Below, in pieces: positions 1 through 10,800 of a stretch of DNA of 64,000 nt; positions within the stretch are counted from its first letter, which is position 1, and every line of letters starts with the position of its first letter. Origin of the DNA: Propionivibrio sp. GTDB taxonomy: Bacteria > Pseudomonadota > Gammaproteobacteria > Burkholderiales > Rhodocyclaceae. Position numbers and translations under genes: made by a program. The notes beneath the pieces were generated by a model, which did no database searches, was not told the origin of the DNA, and saw only the letters and a program-made list of their open reading frames with translations. The stretch covers positions 8,546 through 72,545 of the forward strand of contig JAVBSG010000008.1 of assembly GCA_031547245.1 (NCBI GenBank), in the 5' to 3' direction.

Positions 1-2078
1 AATTGCCGCAGCGTTTTGATCGCGGGGAACGCTTTGTCTTCGACGTTGAGTCGGTTTTGACGCCCGATGCAATCGTACCAGGGCAGATACTGCTTTCGAG
101 GTATCGCGCCTCGGATGACGCCAGCAGGGACGCAAAGGAGATTGCAGCACGCGCAGTACATCCAGGAGAACGCTGGCGTTTCACGGTTCGGCTCAAACGC
201 CCTCACGGGAACGCCAATCCGCATGGTTTCGACTACGAGGCATGGTTGCTTGAAAGAGGTATCCGGGCAACGGGGACAATCAATGCGCGAGCGGAAGCGG
301 TTAGGCTGGAGGAATTCGTCAAACACCCAGGATATGCGGTAGAGCGCTTGCGCGACCGGCTACGGGAACGCTTTTTGGACGTGTTGCCGGAGGCGCCCTA
401 CATCGGCGTATTGACGGCATTGGCCATTGGCGATCAGCGTGCCATTCCGGGAGCGCAGTGGCAGGTGTTCAACCGTACCGGCGTCACACATCTTGTAAGT
501 ATATCCGGGCTCCATGTCACGATGGTTGCGGCTCTGGTCGCCGCCTTGATCAATATTCTGTGGCGGCGTAGCGCACGCCTGATGCTTCGCTTACCGGCGC
601 AAAAAGCGGCCATTGCCGCTGGCTGGCTGGCGGCCATGAGTTATGCGCTGCTGGCGGGATTCGAGGTTCCTGCGCAACGTACGGTGTTCATGCTTAGCGT
701 CCTGGCGCTGTCACTGTGGTCGGGGCGCAATCTCGGTGCGGCCCGGACCCTGTTGCTGGCGCTGTTTCTGGTCCTGCTGTTCGACCCCTGGGCTGTGCTG
801 GCAATAGGTTTCTGGCTGTCGTTCTGTGCGGTCGCCGTGCTCTTTTTCGTGAGCAGTGCTCGTTTGGGTGAACGAAACGGGGAAAAAAGCGGCGAACAGC
901 GCTGGTTGAATGGAATAAAACAATGGGGGATTGCGCAATGGGCCGTCACGGTCGGTAGTCTGCCCCTGCTATTGTTGTTTTTCCAGCAATTTTCGCTGGT
1001 GGCGCCGCTGGCCAACGCCGTGGCGATTCCCGTGGTCAGCTTTGTCATTACTCCGTTGGCGCTGGTGTATGCCCTGCTGCCTTGGCCGCCATTGCTGCAT
1101 TTCGACCACTGGCTGCTGTCGCAGTTGATGGTGCTGCTTGAAATTCTGGCGGATTGGCCAATGTGGCAGCAGGCCGCGCCGCCTTGGTGGGCAACTGCGA
1201 TGGCGGTTCTAGGCATGCTCTGGCTGCTGTTGCCGCGTGGTTTTCCGGTGCGTTGGCTTGGGTGCTGCCTGTTTCTGCCGGCATTGTTTTTTCCTGCGCC
1301 TCGTCCGCTTTCCGGCGAGGCGTGGGTCGACGTTCTCGATGTCGGTCAGGGATTGGCCATTCTCGTGCGGACAGAGGAACATTCGCTGCTGTACGACACC
1401 GGGCCTTCATTCGGCGGCGAGGCGGACGCCGGGCAACGGGTCGTCGTACCGTTTTTACGCGCCAACGATGTGGGCAGGCTGGATGCCTTGGTGGTTTCGC
1501 ATCGCGACAAGGACCATTCCGGCGGTCTGATGGCGGTGCAGGGGTTCGGAACGGTCGACCGCTTGTTTACCTCCGCAATGGAGCTCGGCGGGGAACCCTG
1601 CGTTGCAGGCCAGACATGGGATTGGGACGGCGTACGTTTCACGGTTTTGCATCCTCAGGCAGAAGACTATGCCAAAAATTCAAAACGCACGAACAATTTG
1701 AGCTGTGTGCTGCGCGTCGAAAGTGGCGGCGCGAGCATTATGCTGGCGGCTGACATCGAGGCGGCCGACGAACGAGGGTTGCTGGCGCGTTCTCCGGGTC
1801 TTTTGCGCAACGACGTACTGATCGTGCCGCACCATGGCGGCAAAGGATCGTCGTCGCCTGAGTTCGTGGCCACCGTGGCGCCTCGTGAGGCCGTTTTTTC
1901 AGCCGGTTACCGCAACCAGTTCAAACATCCCCGTCCGGAGGTGCTGGCGCGTTACGCCGGCAGCCGGCACTGGCGGACGGATCAGGATGGCGCGTTGCAC
2001 ATTGTATTGGGAAAAACTGTGGAGATCTCGGCTTGGCGCGCGGTTCGCCGTCGCTATTGGCATGATGCGCCGAGTTGA
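1..2078 (+). CDS. comEC: DNA internalization competence protein ComEC/Rec2, 5'-truncated at the window edge; C-terminal metallo-beta-lactamase domain
   Basis: ORF 3..2078 has no in-window start. Multi-TM central competence domain followed by an MBL-fold motif (VSHRDKDHSGG...HHG). Typical ComEC architecture. Confidence 0.85.
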   Translation, partial: LPQRFDRGERFVFDVESVLTPDAIVPGQILLSRYRASDDASRDAKEIAARAVHPGERWRFTVRLKRPHGNANPHGFDYEAWLLERGIRATGTINARAEAVRLEEFVKHPGYAVERLRDRLRERFLDVLPEAPYIGVLTALAIGDQRAIPGAQWQVFNRTGVTHLVSISGLHVTMVAALVAALINILWRRSARLMLRLPAQKAAIAAGWLAAMSYALLAGFEVPAQRTVFMLSVLALSLWSGRNLGAARTLLLALFLVLLFDPWAVLAIGFWLSFCAVAVLFFVSSARLGERNGEKSGEQRWLNGIKQWGIAQWAVTVGSLPLLLLFFQQFSLVAPLANAVAIPVVSFVITPLALVYALLPWPPLLHFDHWLLSQLMVLLEILADWPMWQQAAPPWWATAMAVLGMLWLLLPRGFPVRWLGCCLFLPALFFPAPRPLSGEAWVDVLDVGQGLAILVRTEEHSLLYDTGPSFGGEADAGQRVVVPFLRANDVGRLDALVVSHRDKDHSGGLMAVQGFGTVDRLFTSAMELGGEPCVAGQTWDWDGVRFTVLHPQAEDYAKNSKRTNNLSCVLRVESGGASIMLAADIEAADERGLLARSPGLLRNDVLIVPHHGGKGSSSPEFVATVAPREAVFSAGYRNQFKHPRPEVLARYAGSRHWRTDQDGALHIVLGKTVEISAWRAVRRRYWHDAPS

Positions 2079-2286
2079 ACATGCCGGAAAAATTACCCGA
2101 CTTAAGTCGGGTGACAAGGGGGAGGGGGAAAATACTATTATTACTTTTGCGACCCGACGATCAAGATGCGGGCTACTGCGATGAACCGTTCGTTCGCGAG
2201 GGAGAGCAGGAATCGTTTTGTTTTCTGGTTTTGCGGCAGCCGATCGGCCAGCCGGTTTTTCAATGAAACATCAATGGAGGGAGTCA

Positions 2287-3278
2287 TGATTTCAAAGAGA
2301 CTTATTGGCGCGGCCGTTCTGAGCCTGGTAACCACGGTAGCGGCAGCCGCCTACCCTGAGCGGGATATTACGGGTACCATCATGTGGGGTGCTGGCGGAG
2401 CGATGGACGTCGTCGCGCGAGCCATCGGCCCACATGCCGAAGCGGTTCTTGGCAAGAAAATCGTGATGGTCAACAAGCCGGGCGGCACCGGAGCCATTGC
2501 CACCAACGCCGTGGTCAATGCGCCGGCTGATGGCTACAGCATTCTATTCGGTGCGGAAAATCCGCAACTGCATAAGGTGCTGGGTTTGGCGGAATTCGAC
2601 TACGACAAGTTCTATCCGGTCGGTATTTTCGGACGGGGCGTCGGTGTCATCATCGTCAAGGCGGATGCGCCCTGGAAAACCTTGACCGACTTGGTCGAGG
2701 AAGCGAAAAAGCGTCCTGGCAAGCTCAAGATGGCCATGACCGGCCCAGGCGGCTTGCCGCATACGGTTTCCTCGATGATGACGGCGGTCACGAAATTCAA
2801 TGCGATTCCCGTGCCGTTTGACGGTGAAGGCCCTGCAGTCACGGCAGTCATGGGGGGGCATGCCGATTTCACTCCGGTTGGCCTCAGTTCGGCGACGGAG
2901 AGCATCAAGGCGGGCCGGGTACGGGCGCTGGCTGTGGTGAACACTGAAGAACTGGCCGCCTTGCCAGGAGTACCTCCCATTACCAAGGAGTATCCTGAGT
3001 TCGGCAAATTCCTGCCATGGGGGCCGTTCTACGGCGTATTCGTCAGAAAGGACACACCGGACGACATCAAAGCGACGCTTGTCAAGTCCTTCAAGACGGC
3101 GTGTGATAACCCGCAATTCAAGCAGTTGATGGCCGACCGCGGCAATCTGATGATGAATATCTCGGGCGCGGAAGCGGACGATTTCCTGAAGAAATGGCAA
3201 TCGGTGACCAGCTGGCTGCTGCAGGATGTGGGTGCGGCCAAAATTTCACCCGAAAAGTTCGGCATTCCGAAGCCTTGA
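2287..3278 (+). CDS. tctC: Tripartite tricarboxylate transporter substrate-binding protein TctC (Bug family)
   Basis: ATG at 2287 preceded by GGAGGGAG. Signal peptide MISKRLIGAAVLSLVTTVAAAAYPE. Bug/TctC-like periplasmic binding fold, followed by tctB and tctA. Confidence 0.85.
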
Positions 3279-3286
3279 TAGCTTGA

Positions 3287-3316
3287 GCCCGGCCATGACC
3301 GGGCATTTTCTTTTGC
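3287..3316 (+). terminator. Rho-independent terminator after tctC (GCCCGG-CCATGA-CCGGGC followed by a T-tract)
   Basis: 6-bp GC stem plus ATTTTCTTTT seen directly downstream of the tctC stop. tctC is often attenuated relative to tctBA. Confidence 0.5.
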
Positions 3317-3365
3317 CGGGCCGAGCCACAAGGGGTGAGGCTCGGCCGCGTCAAGGAGGAAAACA

Positions 3366-3872
3366 ATGACAATGGATAAAAAAGTCTTGAAACCCAGATT
3401 GCCTGGGGAGCTTTGGTTTGCCAGCATCATGTTGCTATTCGGGCTGACGGCGTTATGGCTGTCCTATCGGATTTCCGGATTTTCGTCGTGGAGTTCGGCC
3501 GGATCGATGCCCTTGGGGACGAGCGTCTTCATGTCTGTGAGCGCGTTGTCGATTCTGATCAGCACCCTGCGCAAGCCGCCACTGCCGGCTTCCGATCGAT
3601 CTGCCGCACGCCAGTTTTACGAGAAGATATTCCCGATGCGGCATATCGTATTTGCCGGCATCATCATCCTTTACATGCTGCTGCTGGAGCCGCTGGGTTT
3701 CATCACCTGCTCATTCCTGTATCTGACGGCATCGAGCGTGGTTCTGGGCGAGCAGCGCTATTTGCGCATGATCGTGGTCAACATGCTTTCGCTGGCCGCA
3801 GTCTATCTCGTATTTCAAACGGCGTTTTCGGTCGTATTGCCGGAAGGTCCGCTCGAGAGGTTGTTCCAATGA
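3366..3872 (+). CDS. tctB: Tripartite tricarboxylate transporter small membrane protein TctB
   Basis: 168 aa, four predicted TM helices. SD AAGGAGGA upstream. Stop overlaps the tctA start (ATGA). Confidence 0.7.
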   Translation: MTMDKKVLKPRLPGELWFASIMLLFGLTALWLSYRISGFSSWSSAGSMPLGTSVFMSVSALSILISTLRKPPLPASDRSAARQFYEKIFPMRHIVFAGIIILYMLLLEPLGFITCSFLYLTASSVVLGEQRYLRMIVVNMLSLAAVYLVFQTAFSVVLPEGPLERLFQ

Positions 3873-5398
3873 CTGAATTAGCAACGGCATTTTCATATTT
3901 TTTCACGAGCTGGCTCGATCCCTATCTGTTGTTCCTGACGGCGGCCGGAACGTTTTTCGGCATCTACATCGGCGCCATTCCCGGTTTGTCGGTGACGATG
4001 GCCGTATCGATCCTGATTTCGTTTACCTTCAAATGGCAGGTCAATGAGGCGCTGGCGCTGATCGCAGGCATATACTACGGCGGCGTGTATGGCGGCTCGC
4101 GTAGCGCCATTCTGATCAACGTGCCGGGAGCGCCGGCGGCTATTGCTTCGGCGCTGGATGGCTACCCGTTGGCCAAGCTGGGCGAGGCGGGGCAGGCGAT
4201 CGGTCTGACGACTCTGATGGGGGTCGTGGGCGGATTCATCGGCATTATTTGCCTGGCGGCGGGAGCCCCTGCGTTATCGTCGTTGGCTTTACTGTTTGCG
4301 CCGCGCGATTACATGATGCTGGCCATCTGGGGGCTGCTGCTGGTAGGTAGCCTCTCGGGCGAGTCTTTGGCCAAAGGTATTTTCGCCGGATCGCTGGGCA
4401 TCCTGTTCGGTATGGTCGGGCTGGACCCGCTGACGGCCGAACCGCGTTTCACCTTCGGTTCGGTGCAATTGACGGCAGGGGCTCCTTATGTGGCGGCAAT
4501 GATCGGGCTGTTCGGCGTATCCGAAGTGCTGGTGCAATTGCATGAACTGAACTTCCCGACAATCAAGCAAAACGTGAGCAAGATACTTCCTTCGTGGAAT
4601 CTGGTCCGCAAGTATTTCCCGCTGGCCTCGCGCTGTTCGCTGATCGGCGTGATCGTCGGCGCCTTGCCGGGGGCGGGTGGCGATATCGCGGCCCTGATGG
4701 CCTACGATCATGCCAAGCGGTCGGTCAAGAAACCATCGCGCCCGTTCGGCGAAGGCGCCTGGGAAGGCATCGTGGCACCGGAATCTGCCGCCGTAGGAGC
4801 GATTGGCGGCGCGTATATCCCAATGCTGACGCTGGGTATTCCGGGAGACGCCGTGACCGCCGTGATCATCGGGGCGTTGTATATCCACGGTCTTAAGCCG
4901 GGGCCGATGATGCTGCTGGAGACACCGCACCTGTTCTGGTTCACCGTGGGCAATCTGGTGCTGGCCAACATCTGGCTGGCGATTCTCGGCCTGACCGGTA
5001 TCAAAATATTCGCCAAGATCGTGGAAATGCCCAAGTCGGCGCTACTGCCGATGATCGTGGTGCTTTCGGCCGTGGGGTCCTACGCGATTCAGAACAATCC
5101 AGTGGATATTTATTGGATGCTGGGCTTTGGCGTGTTTGGCTACTTTCTCAAAATCTATGGTTTTCAGGTCGGTCCGGTTATCCTCGGGATCATTCTCGGG
5201 CCATTGCTTGACACGAACTACCGCCGGGCCATGATTTCCGCTGGTAACGAGCCGCTGCAGTTCCTGACGGAATTCTTTACCAGTCCCGTGTCGCTGGTTT
5301 TACTGATATTGTTGGTGTTGACGGTTCTCAGCCAGACACGTTTGTGGGGAATCATCACAAGATCCGGGAAACGGGCAGGGGGTTATGCCGAGAGCTGA
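3869..5398 (+). CDS. tctA: Tripartite tricarboxylate transporter large permease TctA
   Basis: About 509 aa polytopic membrane protein starting MTELATAFSYFFTSWLDPYLLF. The longer ORF 3413..5398 is a frame artefact upstream of the ATGA coupling site. Confidence 0.85.
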   Translation: MTELATAFSYFFTSWLDPYLLFLTAAGTFFGIYIGAIPGLSVTMAVSILISFTFKWQVNEALALIAGIYYGGVYGGSRSAILINVPGAPAAIASALDGYPLAKLGEAGQAIGLTTLMGVVGGFIGIICLAAGAPALSSLALLFAPRDYMMLAIWGLLLVGSLSGESLAKGIFAGSLGILFGMVGLDPLTAEPRFTFGSVQLTAGAPYVAAMIGLFGVSEVLVQLHELNFPTIKQNVSKILPSWNLVRKYFPLASRCSLIGVIVGALPGAGGDIAALMAYDHAKRSVKKPSRPFGEGAWEGIVAPESAAVGAIGGAYIPMLTLGIPGDAVTAVIIGALYIHGLKPGPMMLLETPHLFWFTVGNLVLANIWLAILGLTGIKIFAKIVEMPKSALLPMIVVLSAVGSYAIQNNPVDIYWMLGFGVFGYFLKIYGFQVGPVILGIILGPLLDTNYRRAMISAGNEPLQFLTEFFTSPVSLVLLILLVLTVLSQTRLWGIITRSGKRAGGYAES

Positions 5399-5486
5399 GG
5401 AAGCACGGCCGAATTGGTGCTCTCCCGGCGCACATCCCCGAAAAAGCGAACAGTTTTTTAATGGAATGGAAACTTAGCGAAGGAGT

Positions 5487-6278
5487 ATGGAAAATATGAA
5501 GGAAACTCGGTTGATTCAAGTTGGCGGCAAACCGTTGGGTAACGGTGTCCTGCCGGCCATTATCACGCCGCTGGTCGGCAAGACCAAGGCTGCCGTTCTG
5601 GACGAAGTGGCGGCAATCGTTCCCAAGAGCCCCGATCTGCTTGAGTGGAGGATCGACTTCTTCGAAGCGATTGGGGATGCTCAGGCGGTAATCGACACGG
5701 CGTTGGCCATTCGCAAGGTTGCCGGCGGGATTCCGGTGTTGCTGACGCGGCGCAATGCGACCGAAGGCGGGCAGCCGCTGACCATCGACGAACCGGCGGT
5801 CGTTGCCATGTATACGGCGGCATGCCAGGCCAAGTGCGTCGAGCTGATCGACTACGAGCTTTCCAACGCGCCTGCCGATTTGAAGGCTCTGCGGGACGTA
5901 TCGAAAGCCAACGGCATCGGCATGATCATGTCGTACCACAATTTCCAGATGACGCCCGATGCCGCCACGCTGGACAGCAAGTTTGCAGCTGCCAAGCAGT
6001 TGGGAGCAGACGTCGGCAAGGTGGCGGTGATGCCGACCTGCGACCGCGACGTGCTCGAACTGCTGGCTGCCACCAGCCGCGCGCGCGATACGCTGGATCA
6101 GCCGTTGATCAGCATGTCGATGGGCGGCGTGGGATCGATTTCGCGCATCATGGGCTGGATTTACGGTTCGGCAGCGACGTTTGCCGTCGGCAAGAGCAGT
6201 TCCGCGCCGGGGCAGGTGGCCATTGAGGATCTGCGCACGGCGCTGTCGATCGTACGCGGAGCGGTTAACGGAAAATAA
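5487..6278 (+). CDS. aroD: Type I 3-dehydroquinate dehydratase (AroD family)
   Basis: 263 aa. AAGGAG SD 4 nt upstream. Type I DHQase length and conserved Lys-region motif (VAVMPT...SMSMGGVGSISR). Confidence 0.8.
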   Translation: MENMKETRLIQVGGKPLGNGVLPAIITPLVGKTKAAVLDEVAAIVPKSPDLLEWRIDFFEAIGDAQAVIDTALAIRKVAGGIPVLLTRRNATEGGQPLTIDEPAVVAMYTAACQAKCVELIDYELSNAPADLKALRDVSKANGIGMIMSYHNFQMTPDAATLDSKFAAAKQLGADVGKVAVMPTCDRDVLELLAATSRARDTLDQPLISMSMGGVGSISRIMGWIYGSAATFAVGKSSSAPGQVAIEDLRTALSIVRGAVNGK

Positions 6279-6304
6279 GCAATCCGGATCGACTTGAAAG
6301 GATG

Positions 6305-6339
6305 CAAAAAAGCCCCGCCAAATACCGGGGCTTTTTCTT
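6305..6339. terminator. Bidirectional rho-independent terminator between convergent aroD and the symporter gene
   Basis: AAAAAAGCCCCGCCAAATACCGGGGCTTTTTCTTT: GC stem flanked by an A-tract and a T-tract. Confidence 0.6.
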
Positions 6340-6376
6340 TGCCTGCCGTTTCATGAGGGCAGGTGATTTGTCCGCT

Positions 6377-7777
6377 TCAAGAGTGCTGATGCGCCAGTTG
6401 GTTTCCTTCCTGGCTGCTCAGGATTGACGTATCGGTTTGTTTCAGCAATTGGCTGGTGACGACGCCGGCCGTCATTGCGCCGCTGACGTTCAATGCCGTG
6501 CGGCCCATGTCGATCAGCGGCTCGACGGAGATCAGCAGGGCCACCAGCGTGACGGGCAAGCCCATGGCCGGCAGTACGATCAGTGCGGCGAAGGTCGCGC
6601 CGCCGCCGACACCGGCAACACCCGCCGAACTGAGCGTGACGATGCCGACAAGCGTGGCGATCCACGAGGGGTCCAGCGGATTGATGCCGACCGTGGGTGC
6701 GACCATGACCGCCAGCATGGCGGGGTAGAGCCCGGCGCAGCCGTTCTGGCCTATCGTGGCGCCGAACGAAGCGGCGAACGAGGCGATGGCTTCCGGTACT
6801 CCCAGGCGCCGTGTTTGCGCCTCGACATTGAGCGGGATGGTGGCGGCGCTCGAGCGACTGGTGAAGGCGAAGGCCAGCACTGGCGAAACCTTCTTGAAAA
6901 ATCGGCCGGGATTGACGCCGACCAGCGTCAGCACCAGTGCGTGTACGCCGAACATGATACCCAGTCCGATGTAAGAGGCGGCGACGAATCCGCCCAGCTT
7001 GAGGATTTCCGCCGGGTTGGAGCCGGCGATCACCTTGGCCATCAGCGCCAGCACGCCGTAGGGAGTCAGCCTCATGACCAGACGCACGAGTTTCATGACC
7101 CAGGCTTGCAGCGTATCGATGGCGCGAAGAACGCGCGCACCCTGTTCGGCGTTGTCACGCAACAGGTTCAAGGCGGCCACGCCCAGGAAAGCGGCGAAAA
7201 TTACCACGCTGATGATCGAGGTCGGATTGGCGCCTGTCAGGTCCTGGAAGGGGTTTTTCGGGATAAAGGACAGGATTATCTGCGGCAGCGACAAGCCCGA
7301 GATCTTGCCCATGTAATCGGCCGACTGAATCTTGGCCAGGCGTTCGCTCTCCTGCGTTCCCTGAATCAATCCATCAGCCGTCAGTCCGAAAAGGTTAACC
7401 ATGGCAATGCCGACCAGCGCGGCGATGGCCGTGGTGATAAGCAGCGTGCCGATGGTCATTACACTGATCTTGCCCAGCGAGGAGGCTTTATGCAGGCGCG
7501 CCACAGCGCTGAGAATGGAAGCAAAGACCAGCGGCATGACGATCATCTGGAGCAGCCTGACGTAGCCGTTTCCCACCACATCGAGCCAGGAAATGGTTTC
7601 TTTGAGCGTCGGCGCGTTCGTGCCGTAGGTGCCTTGCAGCACCATGCCGAAGACCACGCCGATCGTGAGGCCCACCAGGACCTTTTTCGAAAGGCTCCAC
7701 GAGGTGCGTTCCGTCATCGCCAGACCGGCAAGCAATCCGATGAAAACCAGGATATTGAATGTCAATGCGTAGTTCAT
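6377..7777 (-). CDS. Dicarboxylate/amino acid:cation symporter (DAACS family, GltP/DctA/TcyP-like)
   Basis: 466 aa, about 8-10 TM helices with DAACS-type hairpin regions (SSAATIP, GVPEA). The antisense 452-aa ORF 6437..7795 is a high-GC shadow ORF. Confidence 0.8.
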   Translation of the reverse strand: MNYALTFNILVFIGLLAGLAMTERTSWSLSKKVLVGLTIGVVFGMVLQGTYGTNAPTLKETISWLDVVGNGYVRLLQMIVMPLVFASILSAVARLHKASSLGKISVMTIGTLLITTAIAALVGIAMVNLFGLTADGLIQGTQESERLAKIQSADYMGKISGLSLPQIILSFIPKNPFQDLTGANPTSIISVVIFAAFLGVAALNLLRDNAEQGARVLRAIDTLQAWVMKLVRLVMRLTPYGVLALMAKVIAGSNPAEILKLGGFVAASYIGLGIMFGVHALVLTLVGVNPGRFFKKVSPVLAFAFTSRSSAATIPLNVEAQTRRLGVPEAIASFAASFGATIGQNGCAGLYPAMLAVMVAPTVGINPLDPSWIATLVGIVTLSSAGVAGVGGGATFAALIVLPAMGLPVTLVALLISVEPLIDMGRTALNVSGAMTAGVVTSQLLKQTDTSILSSQEGNQLAHQHS

Positions 7778-7979
7778 AGGAATATTCGGATGTGATTCAA
7801 AGTTGTTTTGAAGCCTGAATCATAGAAAGGATCGCCAGACAACGCCACGAATTCCTGGTTATATGCAGTTATCTATTCTTTATATGTATTTGTCATCAAC
7901 AGAGCTTGTCTCTTTCCGTAGCCAAGCAAACCGCGTTTCCAGGACATAGAAAACGGTCAGCTTTTAATTGCATAAGTCA

Positions 7980-10643
7980 TTACAGCAATCCGAGCTGGCG
8001 TGCCCTGGCAATGGCCTGTGTGCGGTTGCGTACGTTCAGTTTGCTGAACATCTGCGTCAGGTACCACTTGGTCGTACTGACAGTGATGCCGAGTTTTTCG
8101 CCGATTTGCTGATTAGTCAAACCGAGATTGAGGAGCTTGAGAATTTCCCGCTCCATACGGCTCAGGCTTTCTTGCAAGGCGGCGGAAGGCAGTGTTTCTT
8201 CGTCCTGGGCGAAGGATTCGAGCAGGCCGTTGACGAAGCCGGGGTCGACATGCCTGATCTCTCCGAGAATCTCCGCGATGGCGCGGCCCTCGTTGAGGAA
8301 GGCGCGGCGGTAGCCGCCGGAGGCGGCGAGCGAAACGGCGGATGCGAGATAACGGCCGGCGGCGGCTTTTTCGCCGACAGCTTTCTTGCACAAGGCCTGC
8401 AGGATATGGATGACGATCAGGTTGCCATTGAAGCCGTCGGCCTGGGCGCGCTGTTCCAGCGGCGCGAGGATGTTGAGCGCGCGCGTCGGCTGGTGCCGTG
8501 CAAGGTGGATGCGCGCGTTGAGCAGGGATTCTTCCTCGCCGCCCGCGCATACCAGCGCGCAGGTTTCTTCGAGCGTCCGCGTGGCTCCGTCAACATTGCC
8601 CTCGCGCAGTTGGAGTTCGGCGATGACGAGGGTGATCAGGCGGCGCCGGCGGTCGCTTTCCGGGCGCTGCGCGAGTTCGCTGGCTTCGGCCAGGGTGTTC
8701 CAGGCGGCTTCCCGCTCGCCGCAAACGTGCTGCAGTTTGGCCAGCATGCGCAGGCCGAGCAGGGAGAAAAACACCATGCCCAATTGTCGCGACAGTTCGA
8801 TTCCCGTCAGCAGACGGTAACGCGCCGCCTCAAGGTCGTTCTGTTCATAATCCAGCGCGCCGAGCTGGATGTATAGCAGTGCGGCGACCGGCACCGGCGA
8901 TCCCTTGGCGTCGGCAAAGCGGTTTATGCCGTTCTGGCACATGGCGCGGGCTTCGCGCAATTTGCCCTGAGCGGCCATCATCTGCACCATTGGCCCCATG
9001 GCGTCGACCGTCATGAAGTGATTGTCGAGCTGCTGCCCCAACTGCACGCCCTGGGCGAGCGTTTCGACGGCGGCTTTTCGTTCCCCGACCAGCGCCTGTG
9101 CCTGACCGAGCAAGCTGATGGCATATACCCGGAAGAAGGAGGCGCTGTCGCCCAGCCATTCCAGGGCCTGTTTGGCGTGGGTAACGGCATCGCGCGGATC
9201 AGTCCAGCTCAAGGCAATGTATGCGTGGATAGTCGCCAGCATGCCGCGTCGCTTGCGTGGTTCGTCCTCGGTTTCCAGTTGTTGGGCCAATTCAGCGTAG
9301 GGTTGCGCCTGTGCGGTCTGGCCGCTCAGGCAGAGCATCCAGGCCTTGTAGCCGGAGAGATCGCTGTGCGAACGGACAAAATCATCGGGGAACTCGTCGA
9401 GCCAGGCGCGAAGCTTGGAAAGTTCTCCACGCGATAGCACGTCGTCGGCGAAGGTACGGAACAGTCGTACGGTGGCGGCGAAATCCCTGGCAGCCAGGGC
9501 GTGGCGGATGGCTTCTTCCTCGAAGCCGTTGGCCTCGTACCATTGGCTGGCCTTGATATGCTGCCGTTGTTGTTCCACGGTATTCGACTCGGCGCGCAGG
9601 AATTCCGCGAATAACTGGTGGTAGCGGTACCAGAGCCGCTTTTCGTCGAGCCGCAGTAGAAACATGTTCGCCTGTTCGAGACGGTTCAGCAGGAGGCGGC
9701 TATCGTCCCGGCCGGCGACAGCGTCGCACAGCGAAGCGCAGAGGCGGTCCAGGTTCGCCGTGCGGCGCAGGAAGTCTTGTATTTCCACGGGCTGATGGCC
9801 GAAGACTTCTTCGGCCAAATAGTCAAGTACGTGGCGATGTCCTCCGCTGAAGGCATTGACGCGCTGCGTGAAGTCGGCCATCGACTGCGCATCGCCGGAA
9901 TGCTGCAGGGATAATGCCGCCATTTGCAGTCCGGCGATCCAGCCTTCGGTTTTTTTCTCCAGAGCGCATACGAGATCATCGTGCAAGGGTATGCCGATGG
10001 CCTGTTCGAGAAACTGTGCGGACTCTTTGGGCAGGAAACGCAAGTCGTCAAGCACGATTTCGCTCAGGAGGTTTTGCATGCGCCATCGTGCCAGCGGCAG
10101 ATCGGGCACCTTGCGGCTGATGAGCACGAGACGCAGTTGCGGCGGCATGTGTTCGACAATGAAGGCGATGGCGGCATGGATCTCCGCGGAGCCTGCCGCG
10201 TGGTAATCGTCCAGCACCAGGACGATCTGTTTTGCTATCTCGGAAACTTCGCTAAGCAGCGAGGTGAGCAACTCAGTGGGCGCGGGCAACTGGAGGCGTT
10301 CAATGAGAAATATCGGCGCGCGGCCGATATCGGGTACGACCGATTGCAGCGTGGCGACGAGATGGTACAGAAAACGGATGAGGTGGCTGTCTTCCTGGTC
10401 GAGCGAAAGCCAGGCGATGAGGCTCTTGCTGTCCACGAGTTGATTCTCGCCGCCGTTTTCACGCAGGGCATTGGCTACCAGGGTGGTTTTACCGAAGCCG
10501 GCCGGCGCGGTGACGATGGTCAACGGCCGTTCCAGGCCTTTGGCGAGTTTAGCCGTGAGCCTTGGCCGGGCGACGATTTGCGGGCCCGGCGCGGGAATGC
10601 TGATCTTGGCGTAAATCAGGGCGCGTTGTGGGTTGTTTGCCAT
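7980..10643 (-). CDS. MalT-like LuxR-family transcriptional regulator (N-terminal AAA/STAND ATPase, TPR-like middle, C-terminal LuxR HTH)
   Basis: 887 aa. Walker A GFGKTT. C-terminal LTNQQIGEKLGITVSTTKWYLTQMFSKLNVRNRTQA is a LuxR/GerE HTH. Confidence 0.8.
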   Translation of the reverse strand: MANNPQRALIYAKISIPAPGPQIVARPRLTAKLAKGLERPLTIVTAPAGFGKTTLVANALRENGGENQLVDSKSLIAWLSLDQEDSHLIRFLYHLVATLQSVVPDIGRAPIFLIERLQLPAPTELLTSLLSEVSEIAKQIVLVLDDYHAAGSAEIHAAIAFIVEHMPPQLRLVLISRKVPDLPLARWRMQNLLSEIVLDDLRFLPKESAQFLEQAIGIPLHDDLVCALEKKTEGWIAGLQMAALSLQHSGDAQSMADFTQRVNAFSGGHRHVLDYLAEEVFGHQPVEIQDFLRRTANLDRLCASLCDAVAGRDDSRLLLNRLEQANMFLLRLDEKRLWYRYHQLFAEFLRAESNTVEQQRQHIKASQWYEANGFEEEAIRHALAARDFAATVRLFRTFADDVLSRGELSKLRAWLDEFPDDFVRSHSDLSGYKAWMLCLSGQTAQAQPYAELAQQLETEDEPRKRRGMLATIHAYIALSWTDPRDAVTHAKQALEWLGDSASFFRVYAISLLGQAQALVGERKAAVETLAQGVQLGQQLDNHFMTVDAMGPMVQMMAAQGKLREARAMCQNGINRFADAKGSPVPVAALLYIQLGALDYEQNDLEAARYRLLTGIELSRQLGMVFFSLLGLRMLAKLQHVCGEREAAWNTLAEASELAQRPESDRRRRLITLVIAELQLREGNVDGATRTLEETCALVCAGGEEESLLNARIHLARHQPTRALNILAPLEQRAQADGFNGNLIVIHILQALCKKAVGEKAAAGRYLASAVSLAASGGYRRAFLNEGRAIAEILGEIRHVDPGFVNGLLESFAQDEETLPSAALQESLSRMEREILKLLNLGLTNQQIGEKLGITVSTTKWYLTQMFSKLNVRNRTQAIARARQLGLL

Positions 10644-10800
10644 GCGCTTTAGCGTGGATCGTCATAAGTGGCGGTCGTGCCATTGTACTCCGGCAAGTGG
10701 CGACGGAATTTTCCGAGGGAGAATTTTGGCAATCTTCCCTACCTTGGTCGGGTGATCCCCGAAAACCGTTTCGATAAATTAGCGCCAATCCAAACGAACA

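Noticed and set aside
3413-5398. 661-aa ORF suggesting a much longer tctA
   Set aside because: The first 150 codons are in the tctB region in another frame. The genuine tctA start is the ATG at 3869 overlapping the tctB stop (ATGA coupling).
6437-7795. 452-aa ORF on + strand antisense to the DAACS symporter gene
   Set aside because: Arg/Gly/Asp/His-rich low-complexity translation with no motifs. A typical shadow ORF of a high-GC coding strand. The minus-strand symporter has clear TM and family signatures.
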